In this document: positions 39,285 to 49,313 of the stretch, piece by piece
Layout of the letters: each line of letters begins with the position of its first letter
Numbering within the stretch: position 1 is the stretch's first letter
The notes under the pieces: generated by a model
What the model was told of the DNA's origin: nothing
The model's database searches: none
Seen by the model: only the letters and a program-made list of their open reading frames with translations
Made by a program: the position numbers and the translations under genes
Assembly (NCBI GenBank): GCA_964291265.2
Contig: OZ219747.1
Span: 2,176,001-2,240,000 of the forward strand
Length of the DNA stretch: 64,000 nucleotides
Direction of reading: 5' to 3'
From: Alphaproteobacteria bacterium
GTDB taxonomy: Bacteria > Pseudomonadota > Alphaproteobacteria > SP197

Positions 39285-40355
39285 ATGTTCATGAAGCTTA
39301 TCCGCGACTGGTTCCACGACACGTTTTCGGATCGTCAGGTCCTGATTCTCACGGTCATTCTGTTGATCGCCGTGGCGGGAATGGTGTTCATCGCGGACAT
39401 GCTGGCGCCATTGATCGCCGCCTTCATCATCGCCTTCATGCTTGATGGGCCGGTTCGCTGGCTGACCCGCAGGAACGTCAACCACGTCGCCGCTGTCAGT
39501 GTCGTGTTTGTCGGCTTCTTTGTGGCCGCGTTGCTCTTTCTTCTCGGACTGCTGCCGGTGCTGCTCCGCCAGATGGGCCAGTTTGTCGCCAGTGTTCCGG
39601 AGATGACCCAGGAACTCCAGGATCACCTCGTGGCGTTGCCGCAGCGCTATCCCGACATGATCTCCGAGGACCAGATCAGCGGTTTCATCAAGGAGATCGG
39701 CTCCGCCATTGTCGCGACGGTCTCGTCCCTGCCGTCCTTCGCCGGCGCTTCCGTGGTCGGACTGCTGACCGCGATCGTCTACCTCATACTCGTCCTGGTG
39801 CTGGTCTTCTTCATGATCAAGGACAAGCGAACGATCGTCGCGTGGCTGGTCACATTCCTGCCCCGCGACCGGGAACTGACGAGCACCGTGTGGAGCGAGA
39901 TCACGGCGCAGGTCTACAACTATATGCGCGGCAAGGTCTGGGAGATTCTCATTGTCGGCGTGGTGACCTACGTGGTGTTCGCGCTCCTTGGAGTCGAGTT
40001 TTCGATCCTGCTTGCCGTCATCACCGGACTGTCGGTGCTGATTCCCTATGTGGGCGCCGCCGCGGTGACGGTTCCTGTCGCCGTCATCGCCTTCCTTCAG
40101 TACGGCATGACCTGGAACTTCGGCTATGTGGTGATCGCCTACGGAATCATCCAGGCTCTCGACGGCAACATCCTGGCTCCTCTCCTGTTCAGCGAGGTGG
40201 TGAATCTCCATCCCGTCGCCATCATTGCCGCCATCCTTGTCTTCGGCGGGTTGTGGGGTCTGTGGGGTGTCTTCTTTGCCATTCCGCTGGCCACGGTGGT
40301 GCAGGCGGTGTTGCGCGCGTGGCCGCGCACCACGCCCTGGCGGCGCTCGGGCTGA
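39285..40355 (+). CDS. AI-2E family transporter (PerM-like)
   Basis: YMRGKVWEI, LIPYVG, QALDGNILAPLLFSEVVNLHP, GGLWGLWGVFFAIPLA. Confidence 0.88.
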   Translation: MFMKLIRDWFHDTFSDRQVLILTVILLIAVAGMVFIADMLAPLIAAFIIAFMLDGPVRWLTRRNVNHVAAVSVVFVGFFVAALLFLLGLLPVLLRQMGQFVASVPEMTQELQDHLVALPQRYPDMISEDQISGFIKEIGSAIVATVSSLPSFAGASVVGLLTAIVYLILVLVLVFFMIKDKRTIVAWLVTFLPRDRELTSTVWSEITAQVYNYMRGKVWEILIVGVVTYVVFALLGVEFSILLAVITGLSVLIPYVGAAAVTVPVAVIAFLQYGMTWNFGYVVIAYGIIQALDGNILAPLLFSEVVNLHPVAIIAAILVFGGLWGLWGVFFAIPLATVVQAVLRAWPRTTPWRRSG

Positions 40356-40360
40356 CAGGC

Positions 40361-41308
40361 ATGTTCAGGCTGATCATCAGACGACTGTTTCTTGGTCTTC
40401 TGACTCTCCTGGCCATCACCGTCCTGGTCTTTCTCGGCACGGAAATCCTCCCCGGGGATGTCGCCCAGGCGATCCTCGGACAATCGGCCACGCCGGAGAC
40501 CGTGGCCGCACTGCGCGAGAAACTCGGCCTCGGCGCTCCGCCCTGGGAACGCTACTTCACCTGGCTCGCCAACACTCTTGCCGGTGATCTCGGCAACTCG
40601 CTCGCCAACGGCGTCCCCGTCGACAGGATTATCGGCCAGCGTATCGTCAACACGATCAATCTCGCCCTCTACGCCACGGTCATTGCACTGCCCCTGTCGC
40701 TGCTTCTGGGCCTGCTGTCGGCGGCCTGGCCGGAGGGGACATTCGATCGCATGACCTCCTCGACCACCGTGTTCTTCATCTCGATCCCGGATTTCGTCAT
40801 CGCCATCATCCTCATCATCGTCTTCGCCCGTGAACTGGGCTGGTTTCCTTCAGTCGTGCACCGGCCGAGATGGGGCGATGTATCGGTGGCCCTGGGCCAG
40901 ACCTTCCTGCCCATGCTGACTCTCGTCCTCACCATCCTTGCCCACATCATCCGCATGACGCGCGCCGCGGTCCTCGACGTCCTCAAGCAGCCCTACATCG
41001 AGATGGCCTTGCTCAAGGGGGCCCCCAAGTCGCGCATCATCATCCGTCACGCCATTCCCAACGCACTGGGACCGATCGTCAACGTGGTGGCCCTCAATCT
41101 CGCTTACCTGGTGAGTGGCGTGGTGATCGTCGAAGTCATCTTCACCTACCCCGGGCTGGGCCGCCTCATGGTGGATTCCGTCGTCTTCCGTGACCTGCCT
41201 CTCATCCAGGTGGCCGCACTCGTGTTTTGTGGCTTCTATGTCGCTCTCAACATCACCGCCGATGTCATCGCCATCATGGCCAACCCGCGCCTGAGGTTTG
41301 CCAGGTGA
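40361..41308 (+). CDS. ABC transporter permease (DppB-like)
   Basis: LPGDVAQAILG, EAA-like YIEMALLKG, YPGLGRLMVD. Confidence 0.9.
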   Translation: MFRLIIRRLFLGLLTLLAITVLVFLGTEILPGDVAQAILGQSATPETVAALREKLGLGAPPWERYFTWLANTLAGDLGNSLANGVPVDRIIGQRIVNTINLALYATVIALPLSLLLGLLSAAWPEGTFDRMTSSTTVFFISIPDFVIAIILIIVFARELGWFPSVVHRPRWGDVSVALGQTFLPMLTLVLTILAHIIRMTRAAVLDVLKQPYIEMALLKGAPKSRIIIRHAIPNALGPIVNVVALNLAYLVSGVVIVEVIFTYPGLGRLMVDSVVFRDLPLIQVAALVFCGFYVALNITADVIAIMANPRLRFAR

Positions 41309-42171
41309 CCGGATTCACGGGTCGTACCCGTTCAAGACGGGCCCGGCCGCGCCCCGACGGATGGGCCTGGGCAGGCATCGTCATTGTCTCGGCCGGCCTC
41401 CTTCTTGCGGTCGCCGGGCCGTTCCTGGCGCCCCACGAGGTCGGCGCCATCATCTCGGAATCCAATTTCGAGGCGCCCGGCATCAACACGATCCTGGGGA
41501 CCGATACGCTGGGCCGTGACATCCTGTCGCGTCTCCTCCATGGTGCCCGCCTGACGGTGGGTGTGGCGCTGGCCGCCACGGCGCTCGGCTTCCTCATCGG
41601 CTTGGCCGCCGGGTTCTCGGCGGCGGAGATCAAGGGTCGCTACGACGACGTCATGCTGTGGCTGGCGGACATGATGCTGTCCTTTCCGCCGCTGTTGCTG
41701 GCCCTGATCGTCATCGCCTCCCTTTCGTCGAGCCTGCCGGTTCTCATCTGCACGATCGCGGTGCTTCACGCCTCCCGCGTGGCCCGTGTCGGCCGTGCGG
41801 TGGCCATGAACGTCGCCGCCCTGGAGTTCGTCGAGGTGGCGCGGGCGAGGGGGGAGGGCCTGGCGTCCATCCTGGTGCGCGAGATCTGGCCTTCGACGAT
41901 TCGTCCCCTGGCCGTCGAGTTCGGACTGCGCCTGACCTACTCGATCCTCTTCCTGTCGAGCCTGAGTTTCCTCGGGCTGGGCATTCAGCCGCCGAACGCC
42001 GACTGGGGCTCCATGGTGAGGGAGAACCTGAACGCCCTGCAGACGGGCGCCTATCCTGCCGTGCTGCTGCCGGCTTTCTCCATCGCCATCCTGACGGTCG
42101 GGGTCAATCTCATCGTCGACTGGCTCGGAGCGCAGTCAGGTCGATCGATTTCCGAAGAGCTCACCGGATGA
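41305..42171 (+). CDS. ABC transporter permease (DppC-like)
   Basis: LGTDTLGRDILSRL, FVEVARARGE, LSFLGLGIQPP. Confidence 0.9.
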   Translation: MTGFTGRTRSRRARPRPDGWAWAGIVIVSAGLLLAVAGPFLAPHEVGAIISESNFEAPGINTILGTDTLGRDILSRLLHGARLTVGVALAATALGFLIGLAAGFSAAEIKGRYDDVMLWLADMMLSFPPLLLALIVIASLSSSLPVLICTIAVLHASRVARVGRAVAMNVAALEFVEVARARGEGLASILVREIWPSTIRPLAVEFGLRLTYSILFLSSLSFLGLGIQPPNADWGSMVRENLNALQTGAYPAVLLPAFSIAILTVGVNLIVDWLGAQSGRSISEELTG

Positions 42172-44705
42172 CGGCCTTTCTCAGAATTGAGGATCTCGTC
42201 GTCGAGGGGCGGCCGCCGTCAGGAGTCTGGGTGGAGACGGTGCATCGTTGCAGCGTGGAGGTGCATCCAGGCGAGGTCGTGGCACTGATCGGCGAATCGG
42301 GGGCCGGCAAGACGACGGTGGCGCTGGCGGCGCTGGGTTATGCGCGGCCGGGAACCCGATTCCGGAACGGCAGGGTCCTTCTCGAGGACCGCGATGTCCT
42401 CGCCATGTCGCTGGCCGAGAAGCGTGACCTGCGCGGCCGCGACATCGCCTACGTTGCACAGAGTGCGCAGGCCTCGCTCAACCCCTCCATTCCCGTGGGC
42501 GAACAGGTTGCCGAAAGTCTGCACCTGCATCGGATCGCCGCCGGTGCCGATGCTGCGCGGCGGATGATCGAGCTGCTCGATCTCCTCGACATTCCACATC
42601 CCGAGATGATTGCGCGGCGCTATCCGCACCAGACGTCGGGTGGTCAGCAGCAGCGCATCATGATGGCCATGGCACTGGCCTGCCGGCCCCGGCTGCTGGT
42701 GCTCGACGAACCGACGACGGCGCTCGACGTGACAACGCAGATCGAGGTGCTCAAGGCGATCAAGTCGGTCACTCGCGACCTCGGTACCGCATCGATCTAC
42801 GTCAGCCATGATCTTTCCGTCGTCGCCCAGGTGGCCGACAGGATACTGGTCATGAACCAGGGGCATGTCGTGGAACAGGGGGACACCTCCCGCATTCTCG
42901 ACGCTGCGAAGGAGGACTACACGCGAACCCTGCTGGGCGCGGTGAAGTCGCCGCCCTCGCCCGGGAGAGGGCTGGTCGACCGTTCCGTGACGCGCGACAG
43001 CGATCCGGCGATCTCCGTCACGCATACCTCGGCCAGCTATGTCCGGCAGGCGCTGTTCGGCAGCATCGAGCGTGAACAGTACGTGCTTCATGACATTGCG
43101 CTCGATGTCTGGCCTCGCGAAGTGCTGGCCGTGGTCGGCGAATCGGGGAGCGGCAAGTCAACCCTTGCCAGGGTCATGGCCGGTCTTCATCCACCCCTTC
43201 CCGGCGCCAGGATCACGCTTGACGGCGATCTCCTTGCCGGCCGGGCGAGGCGCAGGACACGCGATCAGCTTCGTCGCATTCAGATCATTTTCCAGAGCCC
43301 GGACCAGTCACTCAATCCGGAACGGCGCGTCGACGACGCCATCGGCAGGCCCCTCGAACTCTATTTCGGCATGTCGGGTTCCGAGAAGTACGACCGGATT
43401 GCCGATCTCCTCGAGATGGTCGGACTCGACCCCGATGACGCGGGACGCTTTCCCGCCGAGCTGTCGGGGGGTGAGCGCCAGCGTGTCTCCATTGCCAGGG
43501 CCTTTGCCGCCGAGCCTGACGTCATCCTGTGTGACGAAGTTCTCTCCGCCCTCGATACCGTGGTGGCCGCCCGTGTGCTCGAACTGATGAAGGAACTGCG
43601 GGAATCCCAGCAGGTGGCATACGTCTTCATCAGCCACGATCTCTCGACGGTCGCGTCGATCGCCGACCGGGTGGCGGTCATGTATGCCGGCAGGATCGTC
43701 GACGTCGGGTGCACCGACGATGTGTTCGCCCCGCCGCATCATCCCTACACGCAGCTTCTCATCAACTCCGTGCCGGTGCTGCGCCAGGGATGGCTCGAGG
43801 AGGTCATCACAAGCCGCGAGACGGAAGCGGGCATGCGGTGTGCCAGGCGAACTGGCGGAAGGTAGGGGGTGAAAGTCCCCTGGAACGAAGGAGTAACCAA
43901 ACCACGTTTCTCCGCGAGCCGTGCGTCGGTTCCCGCGAGGGGGCAGGCGAAGCGTCGGTAGCGGTACGGATGGGCAGGGCTAATGAGCACCGAAAAAGCT
44001 ATCATCCGGGGTGCCGAGGCTTTCGCATTGGTCGAAGGCAACATCGCAGGCATCGATTTGGTGAGATGTCGGCGAGCCCCGCGGTGTCAGAGAACCCATG
44101 CACGTCCGCACGCCTTCTGTTGGGACCCTGGGAGATCTTCAAACCGTCCCGCCGGTTGTGGCGGGACCGCATGGGGAAGGAGAAAACCGAAGCCTATGAT
44201 GTACGGTTTGAAGAAGTCGGATGAGGCCGTAGTACCTGTGAAGGCGGCGAACAAGGAAGCGTTAGCTTCTGCGGAGTCGCTGGAGGAAAGGGCCTCAACC
44301 AAGGGGAATCCGGGACGCTAAAGCACGCACCGAACGCAGTGTCGGGCAAGCGTGCCACAGGCGGCGGATCGGATACGGGAAGCCGCAGGCTAGTCCAGTG
44401 GTTTGCCGTCCAGTACCCGAGGTAGGAGCCGGATGGATTAACGTCCACGTCCGGATCTGCGCGGGGGGTGCGCAGCAATGCGCATCCCTACCGCGTCTTC
44501 CAATGTCATGCTTCACGACCGCCCGTGTCCCTTTCGCATGCGCTGCCCCCTTGTCATGTCCGGAACCTGCGACAGGGAGCCGGCACCGGCAAGGGAGATG
44601 GCAAACGGGCACATCGTCATGTGCCAGCACGACGAGGCAACCCTCCTCGCGGCGCAGGGCGGGGCCCCGGGGTCGAGGAGGGCAGTCATCTCTCGCGGCA
44701 GGTAG
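42168..44705 (+). CDS. Fused DppD/DppF ABC ATPase interrupted by a group II intron (exons 42168-43837 and 44498-44705; 625 aa spliced)
   Basis: Two Walker A motifs (GESGAGKT, GESGSGKS) and HPYT; exon 2 continues in frame with CPFRMRCP..C..HIVMC. Confidence 0.85.
43838..44497 (+). mobile_element. ORF-less (internally deleted) group II intron
   Basis: 5' GTGTG; closely similar to the ends of 55020-56938; domain V GAGCCGGATGG..CACGTCCGGATC and domain VI retained; 1259 nt shorter than the full copy. Confidence 0.92.
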
Positions 44706-44790
44706 TCGGCGAGCAGTGAAGCGGCGCGATGACGGCTCGGAGACCAGCGCCCGGAACAGCGCATCGTGCCGCTTCGCCGGAAGGTTCCCG
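44650..44790 (-). pseudogene. Rpn/YhgA-like nuclease N-terminal remnant
   Basis: RHDALFRALVSEP and (frameshifted) LLADYLPREMTALLD. Confidence 0.5.
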
Positions 44791-44849
44791 CAGAAGACCC
44801 CCGACGTTCCGACGGACATCCCGCTCACGGGCCGGAAGAGGGGAGGTGG

Positions 44850-45309
44850 TCGACGTGGCGGCACCCTACGCCGGACAGCACCAGGCCGGCAATCGCGGCC
44901 CCGCTACCGGGGATGGGTTGTCGGGTCCAGCCCAGACGCAACGTTCTCGACCCACCACGGAGATATCGACGGCCTTGCCGGGCTGAGCGGAAGCGCACAA
45001 CCTGCACGAACGTTTCGTGAAACACGGGAATTCCGTCCTGCGCTTCATGGGAGACTCCGACGTCAGTGTCACCAACCATGCCGGAGCACGGAAGATCAGG
45101 ATGGTAAGGGTCAAGATCAAGGTGTCTGGATGTTTCCGCATCATGCGCCGCGCAAAAGCATGGCGCCGGGACTCAAGCTACCTCACCCCCATGGCGGCAC
45201 TCGGCTACAATCATCACGTCGCCATCCACATCGCTCTCGACGGAAAGGCCTCAGACATGATCACGTTGCATCACGACCCATCAGAACCCAACAAGGCGTG
45301 AGTAGATAC
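44850..45309 (+). pseudogene. IS66-family transposase C-terminal remnant with right end
   Basis: SVLRFMGDSDVSVTNHAGARKIRMVRVKIKVSGCFR; terminal GTGAGTAGATAC resembles IS66 ends. Confidence 0.7.
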
Positions 45310-45322
45310 CGGAGAACCACAT

Positions 45323-47221
45323 ATGCTGCGCTTCTGGACGACCTTCCTCATGCTTCTCTTCGCTCCGCTCGCGTCGGTCGGCGCCGAGGCGCCGAACCCG
45401 AAATGCGCCGGGATGAGTGAGGGCGCCGAATGCTGGATTGAACTCGCCGAGCGGCCCGGCTGCTATGTTTTCAATCACTACTACGAACCCTCCGAGACGG
45501 TGACCTGGTTCGGCGAATGCCAGGACGGTCTCGCCGTTGGGCCGGGAACCTTGGGGCGGGAGTCCGCCGGCAGTTCCAGCGAGGCCACGGGGACGTTGGT
45601 GCGGGGCAAGCGGCACGATCACTGGGTCTTTCGCTACGCTGACGGATCCGTCGAGGCAGGCCCTTTTGTCGACGGCAAGCGGCACGGCCATTGGGGCGCT
45701 CGCACAGCTGATGGATCCGTCCTTGAAGGCCCATGGGTCGAGGGCAAGCGGCATGGCCACTGGGTCGCTCGCACAGCTGATGGATCCGTCCTTGAGGGCC
45801 CGTATGTCGAGGACAAGCAGACCGGCCATTGGGTCTATCGCTTGGATGGCGGCTATGTCGGGCAAGGCCCATATGTGGACGGCAAGGAGCACGGCCACTG
45901 GGTCTTGCGCGGGCCTAACGGACACGTCAAGGAAGGCCCCTATGTCGAAGGCAAGCAGACCGGCCACTGGGTCATTCGCCACGCTGATGGCACCGTCGAG
46001 GAAGGCCCCTTTGTCGACGGCGAACGGCACGGCGAATGGATCGCTCGCGTGGCTGACGGCACTGTCGAGGTAGGCCCTTATGTCGAGGGCAAGCAGACCG
46101 GCCACTGGATCATTCGCCGGAATGACGGCATCGTCGATGAAGGACCTCTTGTCGACGGCAAGCGGCAAGGCCACTGGGTTTTTCGTGCGGCTGACGGACA
46201 CGTCGGGGAAGGCCCTTTTGTCGACGGCAAGAAGCACGGCCACTGGGTCTTTCGCTACGCTGGCGAATTCGTCGAGGAAGGCCCTTTTGTCAACGACAAG
46301 CGGCACGGCCGCTGGGTCCTTCGCGCGGCTGACGGGTCCGTCGGGGAAGGCCTTTATGTCGACGACAAGATGACCGGCCATTGGGTGATTCGCCACGCTG
46401 ACGGCATCGTTGAGGAAGGCTCCTATGTCGACGGCAAGAAGACCGGCCACTGGGTCATTCGCCTGAATGACAGCGCCGTCGTGCAAGGCCCTTATGTGGA
46501 CGGCAAGCAGACCGGTCACTGGGTCATTCGCCGGAATGACGGCGCCGTCGAGGAAGGCCTCCTTGTGGACGGTATGCGGCACGACCTCTGGATCTTGCGC
46601 TACGCTGACGGATCCGTCCATGAGGGCCCTTATGTCGACGGCAGGAAGACCGACCACTGGGTGATTCGCCACGCTGACGGCATCGTCGAAGAAGGTCCTT
46701 ATGTCGATGGCAAGCAGCACGGCAAATGGGTCATTCGCCACGCTGACGGATCCGTCGAGGAAGGTCCTTATGTGGACGGAGAGCGACACGACCACTGGGT
46801 CGTTCGCTGGCCTGACGGATCCCTCCATGAAGGCCCATATGTGAACGGTAAGAAGACAGGCCACTGGGTCATTCGCTGGCCTGACGGAGACATCGGGGAA
46901 GGCCCTTATGTCGACGGCAAGCGGCACGGTCACTGGGTCTTTCGCTACACTGACGGGTCCGTCCATGAAGGCCCTTATGTGGATGGAGAGCGACACGACC
47001 ACTGGGTCGTTCGCGCGGTTGACGGATCCGTCCATGAAGGCCCTTATGTCGACGGGAAAAAGACTGGCTACTGGGTCGTTCGTGCGGCTGACGGATCCAT
47101 CGACCAAGGCCCCTATGTCGACGGCGAGCGGCACGGCCAATGGATCATTCGCTACGCTGACGGCACTACGGTCCACGATCGTTATGTTGAGGGCTTGCTT
47201 GTGGATGAGCCTTTGGATTGA
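45323..47221 (+). CDS. Secreted MORN-type repeat protein, long paralog (23 repeats of 23 aa)
   Basis: Signal peptide, 4-Cys cap, GGAG RBS; consensus YVDGKxxGHWVxRxADGxVxEGP. Confidence 0.88.
   Translation: MLRFWTTFLMLLFAPLASVGAEAPNPKCAGMSEGAECWIELAERPGCYVFNHYYEPSETVTWFGECQDGLAVGPGTLGRESAGSSSEATGTLVRGKRHDHWVFRYADGSVEAGPFVDGKRHGHWGARTADGSVLEGPWVEGKRHGHWVARTADGSVLEGPYVEDKQTGHWVYRLDGGYVGQGPYVDGKEHGHWVLRGPNGHVKEGPYVEGKQTGHWVIRHADGTVEEGPFVDGERHGEWIARVADGTVEVGPYVEGKQTGHWIIRRNDGIVDEGPLVDGKRQGHWVFRAADGHVGEGPFVDGKKHGHWVFRYAGEFVEEGPFVNDKRHGRWVLRAADGSVGEGLYVDDKMTGHWVIRHADGIVEEGSYVDGKKTGHWVIRLNDSAVVQGPYVDGKQTGHWVIRRNDGAVEEGLLVDGMRHDLWILRYADGSVHEGPYVDGRKTDHWVIRHADGIVEEGPYVDGKQHGKWVIRHADGSVEEGPYVDGERHDHWVVRWPDGSLHEGPYVNGKKTGHWVIRWPDGDIGEGPYVDGKRHGHWVFRYTDGSVHEGPYVDGERHDHWVVRAVDGSVHEGPYVDGKKTGYWVVRAADGSIDQGPYVDGERHGQWIIRYADGTTVHDRYVEGLLVDEPLD
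45596..47182 (+). repeat. Coding tandem array, 23 x 69 bp
   Basis: Strict 69-nt period with no indels; 23 Trp-anchored units counted. Confidence 0.92.
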
Positions 47222-47269
47222 TGATGCCTTGATCACGTAATCTGGTAGATAATCTCTCGCGTCATGCGC

Positions 47270-47941
47270 TTGCGGCACGATCTTTGGAGGCTGGTTTGAA
47301 CGAAGGCCGGGGCGCGTGCCTGGAGGCGTTCTGTGAAGCGCTCTCCGGTATTCGCTGTCGAGGCGTTCAGCGGCTCGGCCTCCGGCGAAATCGGCGGCGA
47401 AGGCGACGAGGGTGCGCTTTGGCGCCCAGGCTTCGGCCCATTTCGCAAGGCACCGGGTAACGCCGGCGGTTGGCAGGATCGCGGTTCCGGGACGGCGACA
47501 TTCCTCGATGCCCCAGGAAGAGACGGTGTCGATTGCGCGTCAGTCCTCGGGCCGGTCCATCGACAGCCAGAGACTTCCGTCGGCGCGTCAGCACCTAGTG
47601 TTCAAGAAGACCGTCGAGGCGAAGCCTGTTGTCAGGGCTGTGGAAGCTGCGGTCGAGCTGCACCAGCGCAGGTCGGGAAAGCGCGCCTGGGTCTTCTCGA
47701 TCATTGGCTGAGCAGAGTCCATGTCGCTGTCTTGCCACATGATCTCGGGGTGCAGGATGAACCCGTGGTGGTCCTCAAGCACGCATACCGGCACCCCGAA
47801 TTCCACCGGCGTTCCCGCCTTGCCCTTCGAGTTCCACCGTGTGCAACTCTCGAAGATCGAGAACATCTTCTCGTCACGCGGGATCGTCTCGCTCTGGAGA
47901 AGGCGGCGCGCCACCCGGTCGATCTGACGCCTCGCATGGCC
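47270..47941 (-). pseudogene. ISNCY/IS5-like transposase remnant
   Basis: RRLLQSETIPRDEKMFSIFE..SKGKAGTPVEFGVPVCVLED. Confidence 0.7.
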
Positions 47942-48199
47942 CAGACAGAACTCAGGCGGTCACCAACGTACAGGACGGCGCACCACACAAGGCCAGGTCC
48001 CGAAGCGTAGCCTGCGCACGCTCCACAAGGTCCACAAGACCACGGCAGGTCATGTCGGCGGCGATTTAGAACGGCGGGATATTGGCGGAGAACCGCTCTT
48101 TTGGGCGCTGATCGTGTGAGTGGGTGACCACGACAGGAGAACGTGCGGCATTGGACGAAGGTCCGCCCGGTCTTTGTTTTCTGCCTATTGTTGGATCCC

Positions 48200-48560
48200 A
48201 TTGGTCTTGCATTGACGTTGACGATGTCGTTCCGGTCGGCGTTTTCTGGCGTTCGGCGTTTGTGGAACGTGATGTGGGAGGGGAGCTTCAGGCTTTTGCG
48301 CGTGGTTTCGTTCTGGCGTTCTCCGTCCTCGTCGTGGTTCGTCGGGCGGGACGATCTCGAGGCTGGAGAGCTGACGGTTTCTGTTGCGCTGGGCGAAGAG
48401 GCTGCGTGCGTTGCGGTTGCGGCGGCGCAGGGTGCGGCAGGCGTCGAGTGTTTTCGGGCGGATGCTGCGACCTGTGAGCCAGTCCGGCGGCGGATCGGGC
48501 GTTGCTGCGGCTCAGCGGCTGCGGCAGTCTCGTGATGTGGTGTCGTTTGGACGGCCCGGG
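48200..48560 (-). pseudogene. Decayed, internally deleted copy of the toprim gene
   Basis: Aligns by eye to ~49340-49470 and ~49718-49925. Confidence 0.7.
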
Positions 48561-49142
48561 GGTTTCCCGGGGAGGCTGAGAGGCGCGTCGGGGTGAGACG
48601 TTCTCATTCCTGGATGGTAACGCGTGACCGCGTTCAAGGGTCTTGCGAGATTACGTGTCCCTTCCGTAGCCGCGTGGCGGTTCGATGTCCTCGAGAGCCT
48701 CGATGTCGGCATCGGCGACGCTCTGCAGGCGTTCTCCGTAAGGCGTGTCACGGAGGGTTTCGGGGATGCTGTCGAGGCGGTCACGCCATTCGTCCTGCAG
48801 GGTGCGGCAGGCGTCGAGTGTTTTCGGGCGGATGCTGCGACCTGTAAGCCAGTCCGGCCAGCGGCTGCGGCAGTCTCGTGATGCGGTGTCGTTTGGACGG
48901 CCCGGGGGTTTCCCGGGGAGGCTGAGAAGCGCGTCGGGGTGAGACGTTCTCATTCCTGGATGGTAACGCGTGACCGCGTTCAAGGGTCTTGCGGGATCAC
49001 GTATCCCTTCCGTAGCCGCGTGGCGGTTCGATGTCCTCGAGGGCCTCGATGTCGGCATCGGCGACGCTCTGCAGGCGTTCTCCGTAAGGCGTGTCACGGA
49101 GGCTTTCGGGGATGCTGTCGAGGCGGTCACGCCATTCGTCCT
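48427..49142. repeat. Tandem direct repeat (370 bp + 346 bp)
   Basis: 48427-48796 nearly identical to 48797-49142 apart from a 24-bp indel; GCAGGG at the junctions. Confidence 0.88.
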
Positions 49143-49287
49143 GCAGGGCGCGCAGTTCGGCCACGGCGTCGTTCCAGCGTTGCGGTCGCGAGCGCCGGTC
49201 ACGGTGCTTTGGGGTGTGGACGGGAGGGATGCCGGCCTTGCGCCGTTCCCGGTATCGCCGCTGCTTTTCGGCGGGCGTGAGGGGCAT
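48997..49287 (-). CDS. Small hypothetical protein
   Basis: MPLTPAEKQRRYRERR..PPRGYGRDT; AGGAG RBS upstream. Confidence 0.7.
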   Translation of the reverse strand: MPLTPAEKQRRYRERRKAGIPPVHTPKHRDRRSRPQRWNDAVAELRALQDEWRDRLDSIPESLRDTPYGERLQSVADADIEALEDIEPPRGYGRDT

Positions 49288-49313
49288 GAGTGGTCTCCTT
49301 GTGACGGACGTGG

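Noticed and set aside
45596-47182. CRISPR array
   Set aside because: The 69-bp period is an in-frame protein repeat with no unique spacers, and there are no cas genes.
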